A DNA stretch of 64,000 nucleotides from Phoronis australis. Taxonomy: Eukaryota; Animalia; Phoronida. The notes under the pieces were generated by a model. The model searched no databases, was not told the DNA's origin, and saw only the letters and a list, made by a program, of their open reading frames with translations. The stretch lies in assembly GCA_002633005.1 (NCBI GenBank), contig NMRA01000835.1, positions 63,774 through 127,773 of the forward strand, written 5' to 3'. A program made the position numbers and the translations under genes. Positions 35,801 to 47,335 of the stretch are shown here, piece by piece. Position 1 is the first letter of the stretch. Each line of letters starts with the position of its first letter.

Positions 35801-38166
35801 TCAGGCTTTCTAGATAATCTATGAATTGATTTTCAATTTTTTTTTGTAATTTTGCATCGTAATTATAAGAATTGAAAATAATTTTATAGGTCTCCCTGCA
35901 GCAAATCAAGAATAAGCTCCTGCCACTCACACTGCAATTTTTTCATCATTATCTTTATTATTTTAATTTAAAAAAAATGTCTTTTGTTTCATCTAATTGC
36001 CTTCATTGTTGTTTAAATAGATGTCAGGTACTGCTTAAGATGAGTGCGTTTTGCCAACACAACACAGTAACAGGGCATCTTGTGATAATTATCTTTACTT
36101 TCGATCTGTTGAGGTATGGTTTAGATTGAAATGTGTATTTGGGGCTGTAAAAATTTCCTCTTTTTTGTCATGGGTCATTCCAAGTCCTGAGCCATTCAGG
36201 GTCTTGTTGTTACATTCGCTTGTATTATCTTTCAGAATATTCGAGTGATGGCTAAGTACTATACAAAGATACGCATGAACAGAATGTCAGAGCTGCTGGA
36301 TCTCACTGAAACCGTAAGTACTACCATGAGTATTGGTCAAATTGGTGTAAACCCTTTGTGTTACGGATGGATTGTGCTTGACGCGTGTACGATTGCAGAC
36401 CACTCAGACCGTCTCATTACTTGTGTTTGCTCTGTAATGTGGGCAGTGTAGTGGGCATCTTGATGGTCACTAAGTGTTGTGGATAAAGCAATAAAATATT
36501 TTGATCACTGAACAGAAAGAAAAACAAAAAATGTTCATCTGCAATTAGATGTTCATGAGATGAGAGTCTCATGTGACGTGAATGTATGCATTCCTACTGA
36601 TAGGACTGTTGTTTCACCAGGGTAACTTATTGAATTTGGAGTTCCTCATTGGAAACGAATTACAGTTATTTGCCACTCATTTCACATAAAGTAACATAAA
36701 ATAATTTCCTGCTAGTTGAGGTGTGCCAAATATACTGAATGTACAGTCTTCATCGTTGACGGGTGTTCTAAGTGGGTGGCTTCTTTCTACAAATGTATCT
36801 TAAAACGGCGTATTTCATTATTAAAATCCACTTTTTTGTGCATTTTCAGAATATATTTTTGAAACTAAACACCTTTCAGATTTGCTATAACATGTGCTCC
36901 AGGGGTGGCTTGAACAATGTATCAAAATGTCCCAGGGTTGATCAAGTTATGTAAAGCCAAAGCAATAAAATACAGAGAGATAATTGATGCTGGGTTCTTA
37001 GCATATTATGTGAACAACCTCATTGAAAATGTCTGTGCACATCGGAGTTGGGTGTAAAACTCATGACAATTTATTCCAATTGAAACTGAATTAATAAACA
37101 ATGCAGTTCGTTTTTATGTCATCTAGAGTAACTGTAAGCACTGTAGTTGATTTGTGTGGCCTTACTTCGTGCATTTCCATCTGAACGAAGCGGTCACGAC
37201 TTTAGGGTCTCATTCAAAATGGCCGGCGATATGAGCAATCGTTTTCAAAACTCTGCTTACGGAGACAAACAAGGGTTAAGATTGGAAAAACGTGTGTTTG
37301 TGAAGGCTGATTCATGTCCATGACATCACATGAGCAGTTGCTAACGGGCATTGGGTAGTATGACAATCAGCTGCTTTTTATGCTTATATTCACGGCTTCG
37401 GGTCACCGGTGGGTGTCTAAAGCCAAACATCTCCAATTGCTCATGTGTGAGTTTAATGACATGTGGCGTACGGGTTGCCAATGTGATTGAATACTTTTAT
37501 GTCCCATTACATGTACTTTACCCCATCATTTGTGAAGCACACTATGAGCAGACGACTCCACAATTTTCCAGGTGACCCCTTTCACTTCATATTTACAATA
37601 GTGTGCTGTATCCCATATTCAAATGAATGAATTAAGTGGTGAATATAATGTTAAGACCTTGTTAATCAACAACACAGTTTAATATGTGTGTGGTACTAGA
37701 ATTTATGGCTGGGCTTTGCATTAATGTTTTCCACAGTGCAAAACTGACTCTGCATATGAGTGGAGGCAAGAATTTCCCACCAAATAGCTTTGTGCGAAAT
37801 AAGCGGTTGACGAAATATTGAAGTTTCAAATTTCACGCAATGTGATTGGTCAATTTTCGAATAGTCTCCACTCGCCAGTAAAGTTCAGTGGTCTCAGGCT
37901 CTGGTCATTGTTCCCTAAACTTACAATCCGCTGTCATAACCTTTTTTCCTGCGCAGGAAACCGAGGAGTTCCTGTCCAAGTTGGTAGTCAACAAGACCGT
38001 GCAGGCCAAGGTTGATCGTTTGGATGGAATAGTGAGCTTCAGTCAACACAAGGACCCCAATGACATCCTGAATGAGTGGTCAAGCAATGCTAGCGAGTTG
38101 ATGCAACTGATGAGCAAGACTACACATCTTATAACCAAAGAGGAAATGGTCCACAAGCTCTGCTGA
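20739..38166 (+). CDS. PSMD12: 26S proteasome non-ATPase regulatory subunit 12 (RPN5), 11 exons, 447 aa
   Basis: join(20739..20828,27456..27515,28359..28487,29704..29811,30261..30365,31401..31550,32213..32347,32982..33094,33741..33906,36236..36313,37957..38166) = 1344 nt, all GT-AG. Motifs: [59 protein letters not shown]. Confidence 0.97.
20966..21303. mobile_element. MITE D with ~37-bp TIRs (TAGGCAATGACC...)
   Basis: taggcaatgaccatcgcctctgtttgcccgaaccagag / ctctagttcgggccaacagaggcgatggtcattgccta; flanked by tgccatgggc / tgccatggc (TSD-like). Confidence 0.8.
21690..21859 (+). repeat. 5' LTR of a Ty3/gypsy-like element
   Basis: TGTTGTAA...TTACAACA 8-bp terminal inverted repeat, ATTAAA near the 3' end, followed closely by a PBS. 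Confidence 0.7.
21862..21872 (+). promoter_or_regulatory. Primer-binding site (tRNA-Ser-like)
   Basis: TGGCGTAGTTG, 2 nt after the LTR end, complementary to the 3' end of tRNA-Ser (..CGACUACGCCA) with one G-U pair. Confidence 0.65.
22144..24240 (+). pseudogene. Decayed Ty3/gypsy gag (HhH-like N-terminus, capsid, coiled coil, CCHC knuckle); pol absent
   Basis: ORFs at 22268, 22892 and 23513 are one frame broken by two TAG stops (22826, 23357). Capsid motifs [11 protein letters not shown] and [24 protein letters not shown]; zinc knuckle [14 protein letters not shown] (23447-23488). The ATG at 22144 joins via one frameshift near 22280. Confidence 0.85.
24243..24296. repeat. Collapsed MITE D (TIR-TIR hairpin, 54 bp)
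   Basis: taggcagtgaccatcgcctctgtt-ttggcc-aacagaggcgatggtcattgccta, the same TIRs as 20966-21303. Confidence 0.85.
24824..25640. mobile_element. Degenerate TIR element (Tc1/mariner-like MITE)
   Basis: gtgacctaattatcggac (24833) is inverted with gtctgataattaggtacac (about 25618-25637); inner gaacctaaacatcggaca is inverted with tgtccgatatttaggttc. Confidence 0.5.
25680..26830. repeat. TIR element whose right ~400 bp is tandemly duplicated (25845-26258 vs 26261-26830)
   Basis: tgtaaatgt.gtctgttgtacagacaaatcggtgcttaa... occurs twice; the left TIR tagccagcacgcaggtatcac is inverted at both 26211-26231 and 26792-26812. Confidence 0.75.
26476..26636 (-). mobile_element. Small GC-rich MITE (CAGTGGCGGAT-type end) inserted in the second duplicate copy
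   Basis: Absent from the first copy at the homologous position (gcacgtggc|tattaaac); ends ...ccccctctaaatccgccactg. Confidence 0.7.
27456..27515 (+). CDS. PSMD12: PSMD12 exon 2
   Basis: tttatag|[20 protein letters not shown]|gtaagt. Confidence 0.95.
28359..28487 (+). CDS. PSMD12: PSMD12 exon 3
   Basis: tttcag|[15 protein letters not shown]...[10 protein letters not shown]|gtgagt. Confidence 0.95.
29704..29811 (+). CDS. PSMD12: PSMD12 exon 4
   Basis: ttccag|AVTKMVQ...[12 protein letters not shown]|gtaggt. Confidence 0.95.
30261..30365 (+). CDS. PSMD12: PSMD12 exon 5
   Basis: ttgtag|[14 protein letters not shown]...LQELQ|gtatgt. Confidence 0.95.
31401..31550 (+). CDS. PSMD12: PSMD12 exon 6
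   Basis: gtttag|[23 protein letters not shown]...ETK|gtatga. Confidence 0.95.
32213..32347 (+). CDS. PSMD12: PSMD12 exon 7
   Basis: cttcag|[13 protein letters not shown]...KRNE|gtgagc. Confidence 0.95.
32982..33094 (+). CDS. PSMD12: PSMD12 exon 8
   Basis: tcgcag|[24 protein letters not shown]...IPKYK|gtaagt. Confidence 0.95.
33741..33906 (+). CDS. PSMD12: PSMD12 exon 9
   Basis: ttccag|[14 protein letters not shown]...RVVEH|gtgagt. Confidence 0.95.
36236..36313 (+). CDS. PSMD12: PSMD12 exon 10
   Basis: tttcag|[26 protein letters not shown]|gtaagt. Confidence 0.95.
37957..38166 (+). CDS. PSMD12: PSMD12 exon 11 (last)
   Basis: gcgcag|[28 protein letters not shown]...EEMVHKLC* (PCI domain end). 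Confidence 0.95.
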   Translation, partial: ETEEFLSKLVVNKTVQAKVDRLDGIVSFSQHKDPNDILNEWSSNASELMQLMSKTTHLITKEEMVHKLC

Positions 38167-39199
38167 GAGGCGCTGAAAGGAGGATGGTATGAGTGATGAG
38201 CTTAATCAGATAAACGGAAATGGTTTACTGGCTCTGCTGATTGTCGTGGAGCGAGAGTGTGGCACGAGGGATAGGCCTCATCTGCAATGACGAGATATTG
38301 GTCACAAGCTTTTCCAAGTCTTTAGAGGCTGGAGGGTAGGGGGGTAGGGGGGGCTGCTGTTGACTGTGGGGATATGGAAGAGGGGAATGGGGGATGGAAG
38401 TAATGAAGCTTGCCACTGAAGAAATAGTTTGCAAGTGGTGATTGTCGTGGGAGGTATACAGGCAACTACACTGCTCATCTGTAAAGGAAGTGTGTTGAGT
38501 TACTCTGATGAATATTCACATGCTGTATGCTCCACTTAGCTAAACTATTTTAATAGGCCTTGCCTATGCTACGCTGTGGTGGTACAACCCAACCTCATGA
38601 CAGGATATGCTTATTTAGAACACAGCTGAAGGCGAAGATTGGAAAAAAATTTAAAAATCAAAAGCTACTGCACAGAATAATAATTATTGTAATTGGTCAC
38701 CTTGTGTAACAGAAGATTCTTCTGTTATTGATCTGTTGTCAGAAGTTTGAAACCAAACGTTTGAAGGAGACATAAAAGTCCTTTTTTCGTATTGTGGACC
38801 CGTTGAGTCAAGTTGGTAATTATATTTTGTGTCAGTCTGTTATGTGCGATGCTGGTGAAGTTGGGTTTCATAAAAGCATTTATTGACAATGAATTCTGTT
38901 CATTTGCATGTTTTAACACAATTCAATTGAAAGAAAATACATTTTGGCAATTAATGCACAACAGACCAAATGACCTGAAGCTATGTACAGCACCCCTGTC
39001 ATAAACCTCTATTTAGGACTGAAGCCTTCTTAGAGGTTCTCACTGCTACAAGCTAAGTGTTCTTTATTAAACACCATGTTGACTGCTTCAGTGACTCGAT
39101 TCATTGCTGAAATTTGAAATGGCATTTCTGACCCACCTACATCTTCAACATTAAAATGTTACTTTTGTGCGCTTATGTTTACGTTTGTGAATGCCTATT

Positions 39200-40220
39200 G
39201 CCATTATCTGTATCTAGCAGTCATTGCTGTATCTCCTTAACACTTTGCATAGTCTTTATGAAAATTGGACAGATTAGACTACTAACAGGCAAAACAGGCA
39301 ATTTTTCACATAATTTTGTTCCTTCATGAATTTTTATGAAATTTGGCAAATGAGTTTCTAGTGAAATGACTGTGACACTCAATTTCTCACGGAATGTATT
39401 CTCCCCTCCCCCAGAGGCATTTCTTATCAATTTCGAATCGGTTTTTGTGTCCGGCTGTTTATCAACCATATCACTTGAAGGATAGTTATGAACTTTGGCA
39501 AATTTGTTCGTGTTGGGAACACACCTGATGTAGATTTCGGACGGGTTTAAGTACTGTGGCAGACCCTGGTTGCAATTCTGTTTTTTTTTCGTGTCTGCCT
39601 CAACTATCTACAAACTACTCTAATTTTTTATGCACCCCATGCATGTATGTGGGTGCATATTATTGCCTCTTCTGTCAGGACGTCTGGTGTTGGCATCTGT
39701 TGCTGTGTTTCTTAAACCCCTTGCCTTAAATTTAGTAGATGTGTTTCTGTGGAGCTGACGAAGTGTTCGACTGGTCTAAGTATCACTGTGCCCTCTGGTG
39801 GCAGTTTTATATTAATTGTATGCCCGTTGTTTTTGTACATCCTTAACTCATGAAATTTGACAAATTTGTTTCTATTTGGGACATGGCAAACCTTTTCCAT
39901 TTTTAAATAGATTTGACATATTCTGCATCGCCTAATGGCCAGTTTTATTAGTTTCAAGTTTGCATCAACCTCATTTGTCAAATTACGCTATGGATCAGTA
40001 TTTAAATTGTCAAATGTGTTCCAGATGAGATTATTGTGGTGCCCCCTTGTGGCGATTTGTTTCTTGCGTCAGCGGCTGTATCACCTCAACCCATTGCAGG
40101 ATGTTTGTGAAATCTGACAAATATGTTCCTATGAAGCTAATGACATGATGAGTTTTGGACTGATCCTACTATGGCTGTGCCCCCAGGTGGCAATTTTACT
40201 TTTTATGTTTGCCTCTGTCT
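39200..40220 (-). repeat. Helentron/HINE-like repeat array related to 5935-7185
   Basis: gtgccc(c/t)..gtggc motifs, atgaaatttggca subrepeats, and the terminal hairpin tttttatgcacccc...gggtgcata at about 39624-39660. Confidence 0.5.
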
Positions 40221-43200
40221 TCAGAGTTCCTGGTTTGTAAATCTGACAAGGAAGAAAGTGTCCCATTCAAAAATGTTCGGTAGTACAAGTTTTATCAAAA
40301 AAAAAATAAGTTTGTTAAAATACTGCTCTATTTTCACCAGGTCATCAACAATATTCAAATATTTTTGTGGCAAAAATTTAAACTCCATTTTGTACATGGC
40401 AAACAAGATAATTAGACATAACCATCTCTTTTAAAGTGCATACGAACAAAGAATGTTTTGACTACAGCTAAGGCAGACTCAGACGAGAAATATGCAACTT
40501 CTCTATTTTTTGAAATATTTCCAGCACCATCATTTCTTGATTATATACAGAAAGAAATTTATAACGCCAAGATTTCCAGTAACTCCACAACTATCCACTT
40601 GGTCAATAATGTACAAAATTAACAAACTTTGTACTAATTCTCTACTTTATGCTACATTCAACAATGCATTGGCAGTTCAAAGTAAGATGATATAGAGATG
40701 AAGTGGTTAACTTAGTCAAAAAGTAACATCTACTAGCTAGATTCCGATCGCAGCATTGCCACAGAAAACGACAAATACCTTATTCACAATTTGATTTTGT
40801 GGCACCACTCAAAATAAAATTAAAACAATCGACACTAGATGTTGTGTAAAACAGGATGTCCCAAGGTAATAGTCTTATTACTGAAGCAGTGTTCAATGTA
40901 ACTTAAACAGCAACAGGTTTCATAACAATTGCAGTTTACACCTCAATTTTCAGTGTCTTCTCTCATAAGCAATGACGTTGCTTAAAAAGCAAATATCAAT
41001 TATTAAAAAATACAAACAACAAACTGAATGTTTGTACTTCAGTGCTTTACAAATTCCCTATTCCAAACAATTTGTCAAATGGTGTGAAAACCATTAAATG
41101 TATTATCCAAACATGGTAATAATAATTGAACATTTGTTACCACATTTAAATACACTAGACACTTCATCAATTTAACAACTAATTTAAACATGGGTACAAA
41201 AATAAATCATTTTTTCCAAACAACAATTTGTCACTTTCTTGCACATCACTGACGTTCATTAACTTAAAATTCGCTTTTATATCAGACAGTGATGGCCATA
41301 TCACCAGTAGCTCAAATAATGGCCAAGCAAAAACTAACTTCACATACATGAAGTTCATAAATGTGCTCCATTTCACAATCTCTTGGAATTTTGAAAAAAA
41401 AAATTAATTCTTGACTAGTAAAAAATTCAAGTATTTTAAAAACGGGGAGCAAGATATTTCTCATGCAGCTGAATGTGCATGTTTGGCTAAAGGACTCAGA
41501 AACACAACTAACTGTGACGACACCGATATAAAGTGACATTTAAACTGCTAAATATTTAAGCTCCTAAAGTGCCACCTTTGTTTTGGTTCACATTTAGCAG
41601 AACCGTTTGCTGTGGTTCTTTAATACAGAAAGTTAATATTCCTAAGTAGTTTGCATCATTACACCATGGACCGAATGCAGTTGCTCTAATGAGCTTCCCC
41701 ACCACTAACTGGATTCACTCGAACTTTGCCATGTAGTCTTGACCTAATTGAAGAATGAGGTTTATGGCAAAAATGATCCACCTCAAACCATCCATCCGTG
41801 TCCACTGAGTAAGTAGTGTGACATGGTGTGGGGTATCCATTTGCAGAATATTTTGTTTCATCTTTTACATATTACCTTACTGCAAATGCATGGGATATGT
41901 TAAAGTAACATAACGATAAAATCTCACCAATTTCAGACACAACATAGCAGAAAAGTGAACATATTTTTTGTTTATTTTGTTAAAGGTAAGTAACAATATA
42001 CATCATAGACAACAGATTTACAACTCCAATATTTTCCCAGAGGAGGCACCACATGTATCACACCAGGCACCGCTGTCATGGTCGCAAGATCAAAAATATT
42101 GTGAATTGAAAACATACAGAGTTGGCAGTCCTTGTACAATAGTCTATGATAACACAAATATGAGGCTGCCATTGGACAATATTTTGAGATTTTGAGAAAC
42201 TGGCCATTCACAACGTTAGAAGACATTGTAAAATGGCAATGTCAATTATGTTTGTCTAATATTGGTGAGGTTTTACTATACCATTCAGTTCCTTCTATAC
42301 TTTGGTATCATTAGGTGTATGCAAATACATCTTTAACATTATTTTCCAGTTGTGTGACTCTCAGTACAGGCCTTAGGAATGTTTACACGAAACCAACACT
42401 ATGCACAATTTCCAATAAGGCCGTCACGGATTACACAGGGACACTCGAATCTCGCTGTATTTACCCACAATGTCATAAACATCAGTCAAGCACATTTGCT
42501 GCCTTGTTTTCTTACCACTGGAGTTTCACATGTTATTTCTTGTTGCCTGATTCCTTACAAGTTTTTTCTTGATTGCATTACTCTATTTAGTCTTTCAATG
42601 CCAATGAAGTATTACAGCTAAAGCTGTGCTGTGGGCTGCAACTCTGACTGACATGAGAACGTTTGTGAACCTGGCCAAATACCCATGGATGCATGATGTG
42701 AAATTCTTCACCTTCCCAACATCAATGAGACACATGAAAATGTACCTGATTTCCGAAACGAGGTCAAGCGCTTTCTTATCTCTAGGACAAAGGAGAGTTC
42801 TATTGCCGTGTAATCCGGGATGGCCCTATTATGACAATAATCACGCTAATTACAAAACTTAAGTAAAAAGTAATTTAAAGACTAAACAGTAAAGCTTAAC
42901 ATGTACTACAACAAGAACAAAATTTTTTACATTAGGGTCACCAGTCTGTGGTTTAAGACATAACACAGTAATCAAACAGAAGTTTTTCGGACGGTAATAT
43001 TTTTTAAACAATGGAATGGAAAAAGCAATTTGAGCAATTTTAGTGTCAAACTGATAAGCACAAGCAAATGAGAATGAAAGAAGAAAACAAATAACATCTG
43101 TTGGAACTACGGTTATGACTATTTCTGCAAAAGTGGTATGTTAAAGTTAGCAACCACTACTGGAAGAACATAGAAGCTGAGAATTTACTTGTCATACAAA

Positions 43201-46200
43201 TATTGCTCAAAGCAACCAAACTCTCACATTTACTGATTGAGGGAAGGCATTTGATATATGCATCAATAACACACAATAGGGATCTCTACAAACTGGATCC
43301 AGTCACAAACATTACAATTGCAATTATACAGTCAAGTAACTAACAAATCATTATTACAGTTTCAACAAGCACAACACGGAGCACTTAAAACATTTAGAAT
43401 ATGGAAAAGGTAACATAAAGTCACCATTAACATCATTCATTAAGGTAGGAATTTCTAAATTAAAAAGATATGTCATAAACAGACAACACCACTTCTTTCA
43501 AAAGATTGTTCAAATTGTTTTGACAGCCATCAACTTATGAAATAACTGAAAATCACTTTAGAAAATGTCTCAAAAGCTATACTTCTTTTCACGTTGCACA
43601 TTATGTTATTGATCTTCCCAAAGTCAATGAATAGTTCTGACAAAATCAATTGAGACATGCCCACAATAGTTACCACCACTAAGTCCCACAAGTGCAAAAC
43701 CGTGTTGCATCAGTCAATTCTCCACCTTATGTTCTGGGCAATTTTTAATTGAAACTGTTGCCACATAGAGCACCATTATCAAAATGGGTAGTGGGAGCTA
43801 AAGCACATCCACATATTACGACAGACCATTGACGTACCAAGCTTCATTCATACACGGGTGCCTGATCGACTCAGAAAGACACAGGATGCAGTTGTTGGTT
43901 TGTGCGATATTCTATATTCTTATATTTGACGACAAGATTAGGTGCTCAAATGAGCTATTGCATAGCACAAATGATATAGGGGAAAATGCTTCCACACTTA
44001 TCTATTTGACTGCATTTAAAAGTTAAGAGTGGTGGTCTAGTAATACTATCTTGGCTAGTTTCCTAGTCCCAAGTTTCACTGTTTACTCACTCACATAGAT
44101 ACTATTAAATGAAACAAAATAAAATAAAAAATATTTGCGAAACATTATGAAGGTGAATTTTTTTCACTTCGTACTTGCTTGCTTATCCAGTAATACCCTA
44201 TGGTTTATCCATACATGTTTTTATCTAACCATGACGTCTGCTACATGCTTTTACTAACAACAGGCACTTGACCTGTACCGCTCTCTGTTATATCATTGAT
44301 CTGCATACAAAGCGCATTATGAAATTATCTTAAAGTAAACACTTTTGTTTACAACCAATGTCTGTGGGACAAAGATGGCTGACTATCATGTTTGCATGCT
44401 CCCGCGGCTGGATAAGATGGACGTATTAGCTAAACTGATAAGTCAGAAGACTCAGAACTATCCATTATCACTCACTTTGGAAAAACCAACAACGCAATGA
44501 CCTTTTACAGACGATTTTAGTTGGTTTTGAGAAATGACAACTAAAATGGACAATGCTTTTTAAATAATTCTTTACTGGCAATATTTTCTTTTGCAAATTT
44601 TTTGTAGCATCAATACCAACTTCAGAAGTGTATTTGTGTAGAATTATTTTTGATTGTGCTGCTGTTACAGCCAGTGTGACCTACTTAGCCAACTCAATTC
44701 CAGTCAGTAGGTGAATCAAAAATCACCTTAGTAGGATCATCACACAGATTTCTTCCTTGTGATCTTGTTTTTAAGAAAATTGGTTTAAGTTATTTCAGAA
44801 TAAGAATGATTCAATGGGCTTCCAAAAGCAGTGGCGTTCGCTATCTTATGGACTCTGTTTGATAACAAAGACGACATGTCCCAAGTCCAAGGATGGTCCA
44901 TCTTCTCTGTACATAACAGGTCCTAGAACATTCCTCCGTTACCACCTTTGCCCACCATACCTGTTTCTAAGTAAAACAAAGACAAAACAAAATCAGCAAT
45001 TTCATCCCTCATTTCAATCACCCAACAGAGTTTGCGAAACTGGAACTGAGACACCTAGTGTGCATTCCAGAGTTGCAAGAACTTTACAAAAACACAAGAT
45101 TTAGCAAGATATTGCCATGTGATCACATTAGCTTCCTTAGCAAGATTATTGCACCTGTGAAACTCAGTGCAAGCAAAATGGTGTCTCTAGAACAAAGGAT
45201 AAATTTCACTTCGTGTAAAACAAGAATCTAAAACTTATTAAGGGCAAGTGCTATGGAAAAAATCTATTCAAACTAATTCACTTTTATGAACTTCAGTGCT
45301 AGTGCAGAGACATTTTATGCTATAACTATAATATAAAATAAACAGTCTTCAACATAGCACACAGCCATGTGTAATTTAATTACGTCAAATTTCTCGATAA
45401 AAATAAACCTTAAGAAAAACTTGATCTCATCATTGGCACGATTTGTAACAATCAGCATCACAAAACAAAAAAAATTGGTAAATGCATGAGTATTGTAAGA
45501 ATGTATCCAGTCTTTGAAAAATGGAAGATTGCTGTACTGGCATTTGTTTTTGTATGGAATTGAAGAGATTACCGTTAACCACACTGTGTAACCAAATTCA
45601 ATGAAAAACTTAACAAAAGCCCAAACCCGATAACTGAAATGAAACAAGCAACAAATGACCCTACCAGAAACACTAGGATGTAACAAAAATCACAACAGTA
45701 TATCAAACAAGGATATCCACAAAAGACACAAGCAGGAATTCAGTGTACAGGTTAACATTGTAAAATACAAGCAATTGCTGCAGCATACACTCTAAATGAA
45801 GCCAAGTGATTCTAAGTTAGTATTCAAAAATCATATTTACAGCGATCACTTTATATAAACACAGGATTATAATTAAAAGCACCATACAAAGCATACAACA
45901 TTTTAACTTTCTAATGATGCAGGCTTTCATCTAGAGAGTGTCCAGGGCGTCCAACTGGACATCCTGACTCAAATTTAGACAACTTAGCTAGGATACCTTG
46001 CTCACTATTTGGATGCCTAAGTACAGTAAACAGTCAAATAATCACGAGTTTTTCCTCTAACTGCCCAGAAGAAAAGAGCTTTTAGAAATAGAATACAGTA
46101 AGATTTGAAAACCTTCAGTGCAAAACCATGTCTCCAACGTAGCATTCCACACTAACACCAATTTGAGGTCATAAATACGCCGCCACCATGCATTATTGGT

Positions 46201-46999
46201 CACTGCATGAGATCCTGAGAAATTGCCCTATTTTGAAAACCTGGATGAACTCCTGGAATGAAGCCAGTGTAATTATTGTCTCTTGCCTTCTGGTGCAGCC
46301 TTCATTTGAGGGTAAGAATGGGGGTGAATGCCCTTTGAATGGACTGATGGTTCTTGAGGAACGCAACACAAATCTCACCTGTACTTGTGGGAATGCATTA
46401 TCCTAACACTGACCAATTAATTTGCATCATGGCGACCAAGAGATCATAAGGCAAGCGTGTGTTCCTATCTGCTACAGTCCACACGAATTGTTAAGCAGAG
46501 AGGGCTAAAATTTGTGCTGTGATGTGCAAAAGCACAGTTCTATAGGCAGCGACTATCTTCAGGCGACTTATGGAATGTTACAAAGGTGCAGAGGTGTTTA
46601 CTTACGTCCTTTCCATGAGTATGATTCCAACTAACTCTTGTAACGATTGCCTTAAGATACACTCACTCCCAAACGAGGCACACATAATTGTGTAATCATA
46701 GTTTGCGACCAAAAAACTTAAAGAAAAATGTTCAAAAAAAAAGGAATGCCACTTCAAGGCAATCAATTAAATATTGTAGCAAAAAAATCTGCACATTTTG
46801 AAGCATTAAACTACGTTTGACAGACAAATTTTGTTTCTCTACTACCCAGCGTCTTATCTAACTTGCCAATATACAAAAATGAAAATGTGAAACACAATTG
46901 GACTAACAAATACGTTCACCAAAGTAATCATTATTAATCCCTCTCATACTACGGACAAATTTTCTGAGACCGAATCAAATTACTACTGAGGTATAATGA

Positions 47000-47335
47000 C
47001 TTCCTAAAACCGCTCTGAGGTGGTGGCGTATTACAACTATTATTAAAATCTCTTGGTCTGTTTACACCGACCTCCAGTCTATATACACTGTCACGACGTT
47101 TCGCCATCGTCAGGTGTTCCCCCGTTCTTAGAAGAACGAGCACGGATACGTGGGTTCAAATCCTGCCTCGCACAAAAAAATCACACCATGAGTGTACCAC
47201 GTATCCGTGCTCGTTCTTCTAAGAATGGGGGAACACCTGACGATGGCCAGAGAAGAGACTGACCGAAACGTCGTGACAGTGTATATAGACTAGTGGTCGG
47301 TGTAAATAGACCAAGACATTTTAATAATAGTTGTA
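47000..47335. mobile_element. Foldback element: inverted PLE-pLTR/retrozyme-like repeat with hammerhead, flanked by a 16-nt direct repeat
   Basis: Arms 47032-47153 and 47197-47335 are near-perfect inverted repeats; flanks tactgaggtataatga (46984-46999) and tactgaggtatagtga (47334-47349). Confidence 0.8.
47234..47275 (+). ncRNA. Minimal type I hammerhead ribozyme
   Basis: cac-CTGACGA-t-ggccag-agaagaga-ctgacc-GAAA-cgtc-gtg: canonical core, stem II 5/6 bp, stem I cac/gtg, GUC cleavage triplet. Confidence 0.7.

Noticed and set aside
27516-37956. Intronic snoRNAs in PSMD12
   Set aside because: No convincing C/D box pair with a terminal stem and no H/ACA structure seen by eye.
46179-46406. Perfect Kozak GCCGCCACCATG with a 72-aa ORF
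   Set aside because: Peptide has no recognisable features and lies antisense to the inferred prominin 3' region; compatible with chance.
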